DNA from: Atractiella rhizophila
Lineage: Eukaryota
Length of the DNA stretch: 64,000 bases
NCBI GenBank assembly: GCA_021432655.1
Contig: MU271410.1
Location: forward strand, 1-64,000
Direction: 5' to 3'
Part shown: piece after piece, positions 48,582 through 59,362 of the stretch
How the letters are laid out: each line of letters opens with the position of its first letter
Position numbering within the stretch: the stretch's first letter is position 1
Program-made: the position numbers and the translations under genes
The notes under the pieces: model-generated
The model's database searches: none
What the model was told of the DNA's origin: nothing
Seen by the model: only the letters and a program-made list of their open reading frames with translations

Positions 48582-49609
48582 CTACTCTTTCCTTGCCGTA
48601 AGCTAGGGCGCACCATGAAGTCAGCTTTGGTTACAGTCAAAATAAAAAGACAGACCTGAAGGTGCGAAGAGAACTCATCGTAAGGTGTTTGCGATGGAGG
48701 AATGACACTGTGAGTAAATAGATCAATTTTCAGCAATGAGGGGCGAAGTAAGAACGCACGGCCAGAGATCGGGAGTCAGGTACGAGTAGGTGGCAGTAAT
48801 GGCAGCGTAGGTAGCCTTGATAAAGTTACCCATGGTTGAGGTGTTACCTCTGCTCTGAGTGTAGACGTCCTGAATACCAGCGAGCTGAAGCATCCTCTTC
48901 GACGCTGGCGCAGCGACGATACCTGTTCCTCGGGGAGCGGGAACAAGGCGCACGAAAACGGATCCAGTCTTTCCATTGACCTTGCAAGGGACGGTATGAG
49001 GGTCTCCGAGCTTCGCACCCCAGTAACCTCTTCGAACAGGGACGACTGAGAGCTTGGCGAGAATGATAGCTCCACGAATGGCCGTTGCAACTTCCTTAGC
49101 GCACTTAACTCCCAGTCCAACGTGACCGTCAAAGTCTCCAATGGCGACAAAAGCCTTAAATCGAGTCCTCTGACCAGCTTGAGTCTGCTTCTGGACGGGC
49201 ATAATCTTCATGACTTCATCTTTGAGTTTGGGAAGGAGGAGGTCGACAATTTGGTATTCCTTGATGGGGAGGGAGAAGAGGTAGATTTCTTCAATAGATT
49301 GGATTTTTCCGTCCTTCACGAGGCGTCCAAGTTTCGTAACCGGTTGCCTTTAACACAACACACCTCTTTTCACCGTATCCTCACGGGATTAGAAGAAATG
49401 CGTACCATTCCTTCTCCTCATCCCTCTTGCCTCCTCGGCGCGGCCCTCTTTTGGGTCCTCCACCTCCTCGTCCACGTCCTACATAAATCCCCCATCAGAT
49501 GATACTCGCTTCAGAGCTGGCAGTGCTATACCTCGTGCAAATCCTATAAATCTTATGAGTTTACATAATAATAGATGGAAAGAGAGCACATACCTCCACG
49601 GTCAGCCAT
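48582..49609 (-). CDS. RPS2: 40S ribosomal protein S2 (uS5)
   Basis: RGG-rich micro-exons, then '[34 protein letters not shown]', '[15 protein letters not shown]' and '[12 protein letters not shown]'. Confidence 0.96.
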
Positions 49610-49670
49610 ATTTACCTATAGGATTGAGAAGTCGAGCGTCGAAGTCGATCACAGGAACCAACCACTAATG

Positions 49671-49707
49671 TCAAGAAAAACAAAAGCCCCAAACCACCAA
49701 ACCTTAG
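49671..49707 (+). promoter_or_regulatory. Candidate ribosomal-protein promoter element upstream of RPS2
   Basis: TCAAGAAAAACAAAAGCCCCAAACCACCAAACCTTAG, 60-100 bp upstream of the RPS2 ATG. Confidence 0.55.
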
Positions 49708-50173
49708 TGTACACTACCCGATCGCGTCTCGAGGACAGCAGTGTGGAGAATTTATTCAGTAGCGCGAGTGAGTGAGTGAGAGCGTAAAAGCTATGGCATA
49801 TATTTCAATTGTAGTCAAACAGTCAGTAAAATTTCACACGAGAACACAAGAAGGGGGAGTTCCTAGATGCTTTGGGAGAGATGGTAACAAGTGAGCACGA
49901 AGGAGACTGGGAATGCGACAGGATGGATGACGGAGAAGAAATCGAGGAAAGAAGGAAAGACAAATCAAGATGGACAAGTGAAAGGCAGAAACGATGGAAG
50001 GCATGGATGATGAGGCACTGCATAGGTATTGCTAAGTACTGATGTGTTGGTTTTCGCTTTGTGGTAAATTGAATGCTTGAATCCCAGATCTTCAAGAATA
50101 TGAGCATCTTTCGCTCTGTTGTGCCGCTGCTTCCTTCCCTAAATGAGAACAGACGTGATTTTTAACCCCATGA

Positions 50174-51774
50174 TTAGAGCTTGAAGCCCACCACCTCCTC
50201 ATCCATGGGTGCCTCTTTATGACCACCCCAATACTCTCCCCAATCCCAAGTGACTTTGACGTTCTCCACCTTAGTGGCCTCGCTATCCCTGCTGTCCATG
50301 CTGACTTTCGCCTTCGACGTCGGCACAGGATTTGAAGCCACACGTCGGTGCTGGGAGACGGGTCTAGACTTCGTCTGTGCATTGACTTGTCCAGGAGGTC
50401 GAGGTGCAGTGGTAGTCTTCTTCGCGGTCTGAGCAGGTGGCTTCTGCGTTCGCGATTGCGGTTGAGCAGCTGCGAGGAGCGGACGAGGACGCGAGATAGC
50501 AGGGCGTGCTTGAGTGACGCTACGTTGTTGACGCGATGGAGCTGGTGTCGTAGCCGCTGGCGCGGAGGATTTTGCGACTCGAGCAAGGTTTTTTGTGCCT
50601 TGGCTACGCTTCAGAGATGATTTGCGGTGGATTATGACGTCGGGAAGAGGGAAAGGAAAGAAATTTGCGAATGGGGATTCTAAACTCGCGTCAATTTCTC
50701 AACCTTGACCAAGGTAGACAGGATAGATATGACATACTTCGATTCGTGAAAGCTTCCTCGTAAGCTTCTTTGACATCTTCATCTTCAAACTTATCCCTCT
50801 CTTCTTCTTTCTCGCTCGCATGAGAGAACGGTAACCAAGCCATACCCCTCCTGAAGATACCTTCTGGCAACCTGGGCACCTCTACATCTTGTAAGATCTC
50901 CTCATACGCGATGCGCTCTTCTCTAGCATCTGTCTCCTCCTCCGTTTCCCTCCCAGGCATATGTTCTACATCCTCCTCGCCTCTCAACGCACGCTCCATA
51001 AATTCTCTCCTCGACTTCTGCTCTTCCGTCTCCTGAACACTTTCTTCCCCATTGAGATTGAGCAGACCTGGATCAAGAGGTGTGGAAAATCGGATCTTCT
51101 TTCTCTTCCCTGGGGACGGAGTCTTAAGGCTGCCTGGAGAGAAGGCGGACTGTCGAGGAAGAAGAGCGGGAGGTGGCGGTGGTGCGAGAGGAGTAGTTGA
51201 CTTCAACGACGATCTTTGCTTCTTCGCAGTGGTGTTGAGCGGCTTTGGGCGAAGAGCAGTACTAGGATTAGGCTTCCTACCAGTCTGAGGAGCAGGACCG
51301 GGAGTCTTGGGGGGAGGCGATAACGCTGAGGGAAGAAAAGCAGTCAGATTCATCTCGCTTTCGCCGAAAGTAGGACAACACCAGAGACGTTTCCTTTTTA
51401 TCGCGCCGAACACCGATATCAATCATCGGATAACGAAATAAGTCGGCTTTCATGCCCCCAAAATTTTCTGACAAGTCATGCAAGATCATGCAGCCCTTTC
51501 AAACATTACAAACCGCTACAAACCCCTCCAACACGTCTGAAAAACAAGAAAACGTACCTCTCTCTTTGCCTTTTACCCCTTTCACATTGACCGTGAGCAA
51601 AATCTTTTCCTTGCCCTCTTTCCCTTCATTCTGTTTCCCTGAATGCCCTGGGACGTCATTCAGGATGGCGCTTTTACCCGCGAGTTTTGGAAGGTGGGCA
51701 GACGATGGATTTTCCTTGTCTACGTGGATCCGACGGCGGGATTGAGCGTGTTCGATAGGTCGAGAGTGCAGCAT
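50174..51774 (-). CDS. Disordered protein with KEN box and DVEHMP motif; securin (Pds1/Cut2)-like candidate
   Basis: Exons read MLHSRP...HVDKENPSS, a basic SP/TP-rich region, acidic 'GEEDVEHMPGRE' and a C-terminal 'DEEVVGFKL*'. The gene itself is well supported. The securin call rests on motifs only. Confidence 0.5.
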
Positions 51775-54686
51775 CCTGAGCAGGGCATCTATCGCCTCGG
51801 TGGTTGAAACCGAAAAGAAAACAAGCCCAAATTGATCACCTGACCACGAAGGGACAAATCCAAAACAACACAGAATTTCTGCAGCCACTTGTCGTCGAGA
51901 GGTATCTGGGCGGTACAGTACGTTGGAGGAGTGAGCAATACCTACCGATGAGAAGTTTGGGAGTAGCGTGTGTGCTCAATTTATATTTTCTGATTCAGGA
52001 TGTCGTGGATGTTCGTTGTCCGTTCCGACGCCTTCTGGGCTTCGTCAACTTCGTCCGTCTCTGCTCCGGCTCGTTCATTAGCCAACATTAGCCTTCTAAT
52101 TATGTGCTCTGGACTGGCATAATGGCGTTTTGACCTTCTGGAAGATGCGAAGAAGAAGCGATATGATTCTTTCCCTGAAAGGCATCAACAACGTCAAACT
52201 GACTCTTGGTTTCCTAGCCAGACCACCCCCCTTTTTCGGAATCGTCGTGCAAGTATCGGGGACGTACAAACCGTCCACAATTCCAACAATGTTCGCACCA
52301 CGAAAATATGTCCCTGCGATAATGGTTTCGTGGCGTTGGAGGGATATTCGGCGCTCGTTGTTGGAGCGTTTGAGGACGATTGCTGGAGGCTTGTGGACGC
52401 GTCGCGGAGACGTTGGACGGCCGTGGGAGGAGCGTTTGGGCGGTATTGGAGAACTATTTTGGATTGATTTGTGGACGGTTTGGTGGTCGTTTTCGAAGCG
52501 TTGCGGAGGCGTTGTTTCATGATTGTGTAACGAGCGGTCTGCTGTCTGTTAAGCATTACAGTGTAATTGCAGCATCATCTTCAAAGTAGATCCCATGGTT
52601 CTTCACATGCAACTCATTGTGCAACCTCATACTATTGCATACATGATAAGGTACCACAGCCTTCGAGCCCCATCTCTTCCCCTCCTTCGCCGTCCAGCTT
52701 CATTCTTCCCATCCCCTTCCCCTGATCCTGATCGCTGATCGCTCGCTCCTACTCCTCTCCCCACTTGTTCGCCTTCGCCTTCACTCCTCACCTTCCCCCG
52801 TCCTCGTTCTTCCTCTCCCGTTCAAGTTGCACCATACGAAGTTCCCGTCTTTTGTCGCTTGATCTCGTACTCCTCATTGCTCATTGCGCTGCCTAAATAC
52901 AAACATGGTTAGTCGTTCTACAGATCAAGTCTCAGAATCTTCTCTCAAGGAGTTAGAGTCGGTTCTCTTCTTGGAAAACCAGGTAACCCCATTGAACGAG
53001 AAAGAGGCGAGCGAAATTGGTTGAGAAATTGATCTAGGTCCTCGTGTGGACTGAACCTAAGTCATTGATAAACAAGATTTTCAAACGGGTAACAAGTGGA
53101 AAGACTTAGCAGATCCATGAGAGAAAGTTCGTCGGGTGAGCGTGTCGTCCAGACGATCCGTCAAGATTAAATGAGCATTGAGAAGGACAGATGACGCGTG
53201 CCACTAACCATACAGAATGCAAAGTCAGAAGCTTGAGGAGGTCAGAGAGCGGGAAATAGTTCCAAAAATTGTAAGTCCTCAGTTCCAAGCTCTTAACTGG
53301 AAAGTGGCGCGTTTTCGGCAGCAGAACAGTTCTCCTGGATTCAATGTTGCTCAACGCAGTGAATTGACGCGACACTTGGACCCAAATCAATGCTCTGTCG
53401 AAGTCTGCACGCCACGCTAACGTAGGACCGAAAGACGCACTTTTTTTGCCCAATTCCACCTCCAATAACCAAAACAAAACATTCCCACATAACATAAGGA
53501 TTATCCCTCTCCCCATGGAAGTCGGACCGGAGTCGAAATACTCAAAATTGTCGGAAAAAAACGCGTCGAAAAATCAGGGGTCCAAAAGTGAAAAGCGCGT
53601 TCAAAGTGAAAAAAATCGTCTGTAAACCTACTCACCATATCCCTCAAGCAACAGAAGAAGTTTGACACGCGTAGGAAAGGCGATAGCTGAGGAATTGTTG
53701 AGTTTGTCGTTCGGTTCGTCGTCGTTTGAATGTGACATCATATCTCCGACCGCCTCCTTTCGCAGGCTTGTCAACTAGCGAGGGAGTCGACGAGGGAATG
53801 CAGGCATCAGGTAAGTTTTTGCTATCTGCTTGCATGGGGTGGTTGAAGGAGAGTCCTAAACTTACTGTGGACCTGGATCTGTATGGTGACAGTCGTTCAT
53901 AAGTATGAAGGGACTCTCTGGATTTCACTTCGTCCATGCAAGCTTGTCCTAGTTTTGTTGAGATGTACTTCCTAGATTGATGGCAGAAGCGTTCGTGCTA
54001 TGCTTACACCGACACAGAAAGCTCAGTGGTCCTCGCTACACCGACAGCTCTCCATTTGGAGTTAAAAGCTTGCTGGAAGGGTACACGCTTCGGTGCTGCA
54101 CCTCTCCAGCTCTTTTTGCGACGGCTTCGACCACAACTTCGGAATTTCAAACGGCTTGAATACCTTGGAGAGGTTTCCGAGGGTGCAGTATACTTTGTAG
54201 TTCAAGGTATGTATGCCATCGTGATTGAGGGATAATGGGCAATATTAGTTGCACGTCAATGGGTCGTTGCCATTGCAGCGTTCTTATGGGCCAATGGTTT
54301 GCAATGGACCGGTGATCCACGGTCAACTCCTCTGGTGCTAGCTCAAGTGCAATCCTAGGAGCAGCGGCACTGCACTGGGTGGAATACTGCTCTCAATTTC
54401 TTTGTATCCTTTTATTGTAACCTTGACTAATTTTTATGTTTACTTTGAAACAGCCTCCGCCTCTTTCTTCACATCGCTCTCTTCTCGGCTTGTTACGTTC
54501 GACACCATTCCTCTTCCTATCGGTCTGCGTACTCCATCCCTTGCCTTGCTGCTTATTCTCGCACATCATTACATAGTGGCAGCTGCCATGTCCTTGTCCT
54601 TGTCTTCCGCCCTTGCCGCCTACCGTTACCATCGAAAGCCAGCCACGGTAACACCTGTAATCACCTCCATCCTCGCAACCAAATCG

Positions 54687-54872
54687 CATGTTGCTGAGTT
54701 CTGGATCCGGGTGGTCAAGATTGCGGAAACTGTACAGAAGGAAACGGGAAAGAGCAAGTTGTTAAAGGACTTCTTGAAGACCACTGAAGGGAACGGAGAT
54801 GGCGCAAGGGTGATTAGGGAATTGAAGGAGGAAGTCGAGGCTTTCGCAACCTCTTTCCCGCTTCCTGGAATT
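54687..54872 (+). pseudogene. Orphan C-terminal fragment of serine hydroxymethyltransferase
   Basis: 'HVAEFWIRVVKIAETVQKETGKSKLLKDFLK...IRELKEEVEAFATSFPLPG' matches the eukaryotic SHMT C-terminus. No upstream SHMT exons are present in the window. Confidence 0.8.
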
Positions 54873-55368
54873 CGTGTGAGTATGGTCTGGCTTCCTCGAG
54901 GGACTATTGTTGAACATAAGAATAGAATTCGTCCACTTTCACCAGACATGAGTAGAAGTAGTAGATGTCACCGTGGATTTCGTTCAAATGTAGAAAATTG
55001 TGGTTGCAAGGGTTTCAGTCGGTGTAGGAGTTGGATGAACAATGAAATGTCACCTGTTTGTATAGTAAGAACTTCAACGTTCTGCAAAAAAATGGCATTT
55101 GTGTTCTTGCCTATTTATTTACTGTGCGACATTCGTGAGCAGAAGTTTCGTTGAAGGGAGAGGATTGATTATTATGTTTGCAACCATTTGCAGCATGAGT
55201 AAGGTGTATGATACAGCTCCCGGAAGATGGGCGAACTATTAACGAATAAATATCCATCGAACGACGAAGAGCATGCTGCATTAAAGACATCTATGAAACG
55301 TGCGTGAGAGTGGGGTTTAATCTATACCGTCAAAGTCAATTCAACGTACGCAGAGAGATAGTCGTGAC

Positions 55369-56872
55369 TTACATCTGACCCATTTTGTTTACTCGAACAG
55401 AGACTGACCATGCCCTCTCGTCTCCCATATCCACCCTGCTGCCCAAACCCTGCTCTACCACCGAATCCACCCTGTGCGTATCCTCTTTTCGCTCAATTTC
55501 CGTAACCCCGCGCTGCTGCCCGTCCCTGCTACCGTATCCACTGCCCTGTCCTCCAAAATCGCCTCCACGTCCAAATCCACTATTAGATCGAGACGAGCAT
55601 CCATTCGACGATCTTCCACCACCAGAACCACTCATGCCAAGCTTCTGCAAGAATGCGTGAGATAGCCCAGGTGCTTGCGCAGGTAATCCACGCCTCTAGC
55701 TGAAACATCTGAAGTGACGAAGACCTTGTACATTCCCTCCACGCTCTCTCTAAACATTCTCGCGACGCCAATCCGATTCTCCTGACTCTTCCTCGTAGAC
55801 GTGAGTTGACCTCGAAAACGGAAGATCTCTTCGCAGAGCCGCTGCGATCTGAGCAAATGTCTCTGTATACTTGGTGGTGGGCAAGAAGATGATTGCTTTT
55901 CTGCCTTTTGGGTTCTCGAGTTGATCCTGCGCAATGAGCCTCATGATGTGGGGGATGACATCGGTGGGAGAGTCTACGACGGTGGCGTATTGAGGAACAT
56001 GAGTGTGGGTTTTGTTCTCGTTTGACATAACAGTATTGATGAAGAGTGGTTTCGGGTTGAGAGCGGCGCGTGCGACCTCCTTGACCTCGTTCTCAAGGGT
56101 GGCGGAGAACATGAAAGTCTGTCTTTTCTGTTTCGGTGGCATCTTGAGCATGATTCGCTTGATCTCGTCCTTGAAACCCATACCCAACAACGTATCCGCC
56201 TCATCGAGAATCAATCGCTCAGACACCGCAACCGACGATTCCACCATGGGCTCGGTAATGAGGGGATCGTTCATTCGCCCAGGAGTAGCAACGACGATAT
56301 CCCTCCTTCCTGAAGTCTTTTGTTTGTACCTCCGACCAAAAGCTGTACCAGGAATCTAGGAAGATGAGAGCACAACTTGATAGCCTCGTTCGCAATTTGA
56401 GTCGCCAATTCCGTCGTGGGTGACAAATTGAGAGCTTCCGCGCTCGAGGAGAGAAATGACGGCCTCCTGAACGGGAGACATATGCTTGAAGGAGAAAAGA
56501 GCGGAGGTGAGAGCTTTGTACAACCCGGGATGGAGGGCAGACTCGACTGTCGAGCATTTTCGACCCTGTGGTGCGGCCTCAGTCTCTGGAGCAGAAGACT
56601 CTTGTGCTTCCGACTCGGCTTCGGGAGCAATGGCGAAGGTGCGGTTGAAGGAAGTGAAGGAGAAAGCGAGAGGTTGGTGACGGGTAAGAGAGAAGGCGCT
56701 GGGAACTACATCGGTAGGGTGACGGTTGAGCGAAAGAGGGAGTGAAGGGTTGGTGTCGTCGCGGATTCGAGGTGGAGGTCGGAAAGCGCCACGAAGCTAA
56801 GCTATGCTGTGCCCAATGCAGATTTAATAAAGAACAAACTGCTAGAACAGAAAAGGGCTTACAGCTACACAT
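55369..56872 (-). pseudogene. Mss116/CYT-19-like DEAD-box helicase pseudogene (frameshifts, internal deletions)
   Basis: Q motif 'FSFKHMSPVQEAV', Ia 'LSPTTELATQI', II 'ILDEADTLL', III 'FMFSATL', IV 'IIFLPT', V 'TSDVSARGVDY' and a Gly/Arg-rich tail lie in changing frames. Motif I (GxGKT) and motif VI (HRxGRxxR) are absent. Confidence 0.85.
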
Positions 56873-58028
56873 GGTGCTATTCTGCTTCATCCGAGGGGTG
56901 CTCATTTGGCTGCGAAAGTCCATTCATCGTCGCCGTTTCAAGTAATTTCGATTAGAATTCAAACTTTTACACCAAATTCAGCGTTTTCAATGAGGCGAGA
57001 GGAGGATGGAGGGTCTGGGTCTGGCCTACCAGGCAACCGTGGGAGAGGGAGGAGGAACAGTGCAGTTCCGCCCTGGGCTGCCAAAGAATTAGCAAACTGC
57101 AATAAATGAAAGGAACGGGAAGGGAACGCACACAAAATGGGTCTTAATAATAAAAAATTGATGAACCATGCTGCTTCATGCTGTCCTAGACCCAAACACA
57201 CCTCAAGCATGGCCTTCCAACCACCATTCAACCGTTGCAGCAATGTTGACAGACAGTTGTCCATTATTGGAATGGTTCCGCATTTCCCAATGATCCAGCG
57301 ACGGTTGAGAAATGCAGTCCCAATGCTGTCAAAACCATTGGCAACGCCTCAAAATGCGGGGGCATTCGCAACGATTATGCAATGCGTCACCTACGATTTC
57401 AAAATGCGATGCCAATTGCTTCCCAACCACCAGCACTCAGGTCGGGATTTTTCAAGGTTGCAGGACCATTCTCAAGGTTGGCCTTGGAGACAATCATTAT
57501 GTGAGGGATGGCTATGATTGCGGGATGATGCTGAAAAAAGGGGGTGGTCTAGCTAGGTTGTTTTCTTCGCGCCCTTGCATAGTTCTAGTAAGAGATCTCA
57601 AGTGATTCCCTTTTGCAAAGGTTGGGCATATTATTGACCTTTCGGTCCTAGCATGTTTCGTAACGTGACGGGCTGCTACAATCCTAAGGACCAATTCGAC
57701 TCCAACCTTTTCAGCCTGATGTTTGGTAGATCAGTGATAAACACTGTTGGAAGAAGCAGGGAAGAAACGAGAACCCAATGTTAGCATACGTATAAGTCTT
57801 TTGTGACAGTGTCAGGTTGGACGTCTGCAGCAGACTGAAAATCGTAGATATTCCGTGGTGGAGCGGCAACTCTTCCAGGCTTCAACCTTGAGCCCTCGAG
57901 TGCCACCGTGACGGAATATCAAGGAGAACGGTCACCGCTGTCAGCGGTTTGCACGTCAGCATGTAAATCTTTAAATCCCGTGGCCGCGAAGATAAAAGCC
58001 TGCTGATGGAGGCTGGTCCCTCAGAGAT

Positions 58029-59187
58029 ATGGCGCCGTTGAACAAAGCTCTTGTGTCCTCCTTTTGGAAAACTCTAGACAACACAACAGCAGTCTACAGG
58101 CAGACGATAGATCCCGATTGGGCGTTCGATTTTGGGAACGTTCCTCAAGGCGGCAAGTTACTTTGTGCTCTTCTGATCACCCATTAATGTTGTGTGGAAA
58201 AAGGTTACTTACTCGGCATTATTTTGAGCGCTACGATATCATTTATCAGTTCTCCTCCAGATGGCCTGGATTTCCTGCCTTCGAAAGACAAACACCCAGT
58301 TCACATAGTGGGTCATTATTTACGTCGCTCGGAGGTAGGGCAGGAAGTAGATATCGTCATCCGCATTGTTCAGACCTCGAAGACAATGCTATGGCTGAGC
58401 GGAGAGCTGTTTTGCAACGTGTGTATCCTCCCTGGAGCAATCGCCGAGCAAATGACAGGCCAAAGCGGTATAGGGAGCCCTTCAGATTGCATCCACTAGC
58501 ATCTTTGGCCCTGCTCCATCCCTGTCCTCCTTGTCCATATCCGATCCAAGACCGCCGTATCCAACCATCTCACCCCCTTTCCCGTTCGGTGTCCATCCTC
58601 AGTCACATGTGGCGGAACAATTTGGAAAGCTGCCTTGGTATGGAAACTCAGGGACATTCAAGATTAAGGAGGTTCCAACTAAATATCTGTTGAAGAGCCT
58701 GACTGATGGGTCGGAATGGGGAGCCTTCGTAGAGTTGAGTGGAGACCAAGCCACGGTACAGTCCTTGCCGTAAGTTGTACCGTTCGCCTCTCGACAGAAT
58801 GTTCAAGGAAGGTATCAGGTTCTATGTGGATATATTTAAAAATGTCGGTCCCTTTCAGAATAACAAGCTGCTGGACGCTGAAAACTTATTTAGATGGTTG
58901 CTTTAATGACGCCAGGTCAACCACCATCATGGTATCCCACAATTACGCTCAGCATAGAGTTCAAGTTTCCCATTCCTGCTGATCCACTTCGACAACTAGC
59001 CATCTTTTCGAACGGGCGAGTAGCGGTAGAAGGCAGAGCTGATCATTCCGTAGAACTCTGGGCTGTTCCCGCTGAAGTTGATGTGGATGGAGAGGAGTGG
59101 AAGAAGAAGTGCTTTTGTCTTGCGATCGGGAGGCAGATTAGTTTGACACGGGTTCCAGAAAGGAATTGGGGAGGATCAAAGATTTGA
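58029..59187 (+). CDS. Double-hotdog thioesterase-like protein (TesB-like superfamily)
   Basis: 'IDPDWAF..NVPQG|GYLLGIILSA', 'HPVHIVGHYLR', 'WYPTITLSIEFKFPIP' and 'EGRADHSVELW'. Confidence 0.75.
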
Positions 59188-59362
59188 TGACATATTCCAT
59201 ATTGGTACATGATTTATTCGGGTTCCTTTGTGCTCTGAAATTCGATAATGACCTTTCTCCGAGAGATGCCCTTCATCAGCATTGAAGAGAGTTACCCTCC
59301 CAACCTCCTAGCCTCCTGAAACCGTCATTCTGAATGGAACTGTCCAATTCAGGACTGCTGCC

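Larger units (their letters stand above)
52213..57557. mobile_element. Putative non-autonomous TIR DNA transposon carrying host-gene fragments (Pack-MULE-like)
   Basis: Left end CCTAGCCAGACCACCCCCCTTTTTC (52213-52237) matches the reverse complement of 57533-57557 (CCTAGCTAGACCACCCCCTTTTTTC) at 23/25. Flanks CTTGGTTTC (52205-52213) and GTTGTTTTC (57557-57565) match at 7/9. The interior is decayed gene pieces with no transposase seen. Confidence 0.65.

Noticed and set aside
53520..53640. A-tract/CGCG-rich stretch with repeated AAAGTGAAAA, possibly an internal transposon end or MCB promoter
   Set aside because: I found no inverted partner or downstream gene, so it cannot be assigned. It may be a captured promoter piece.
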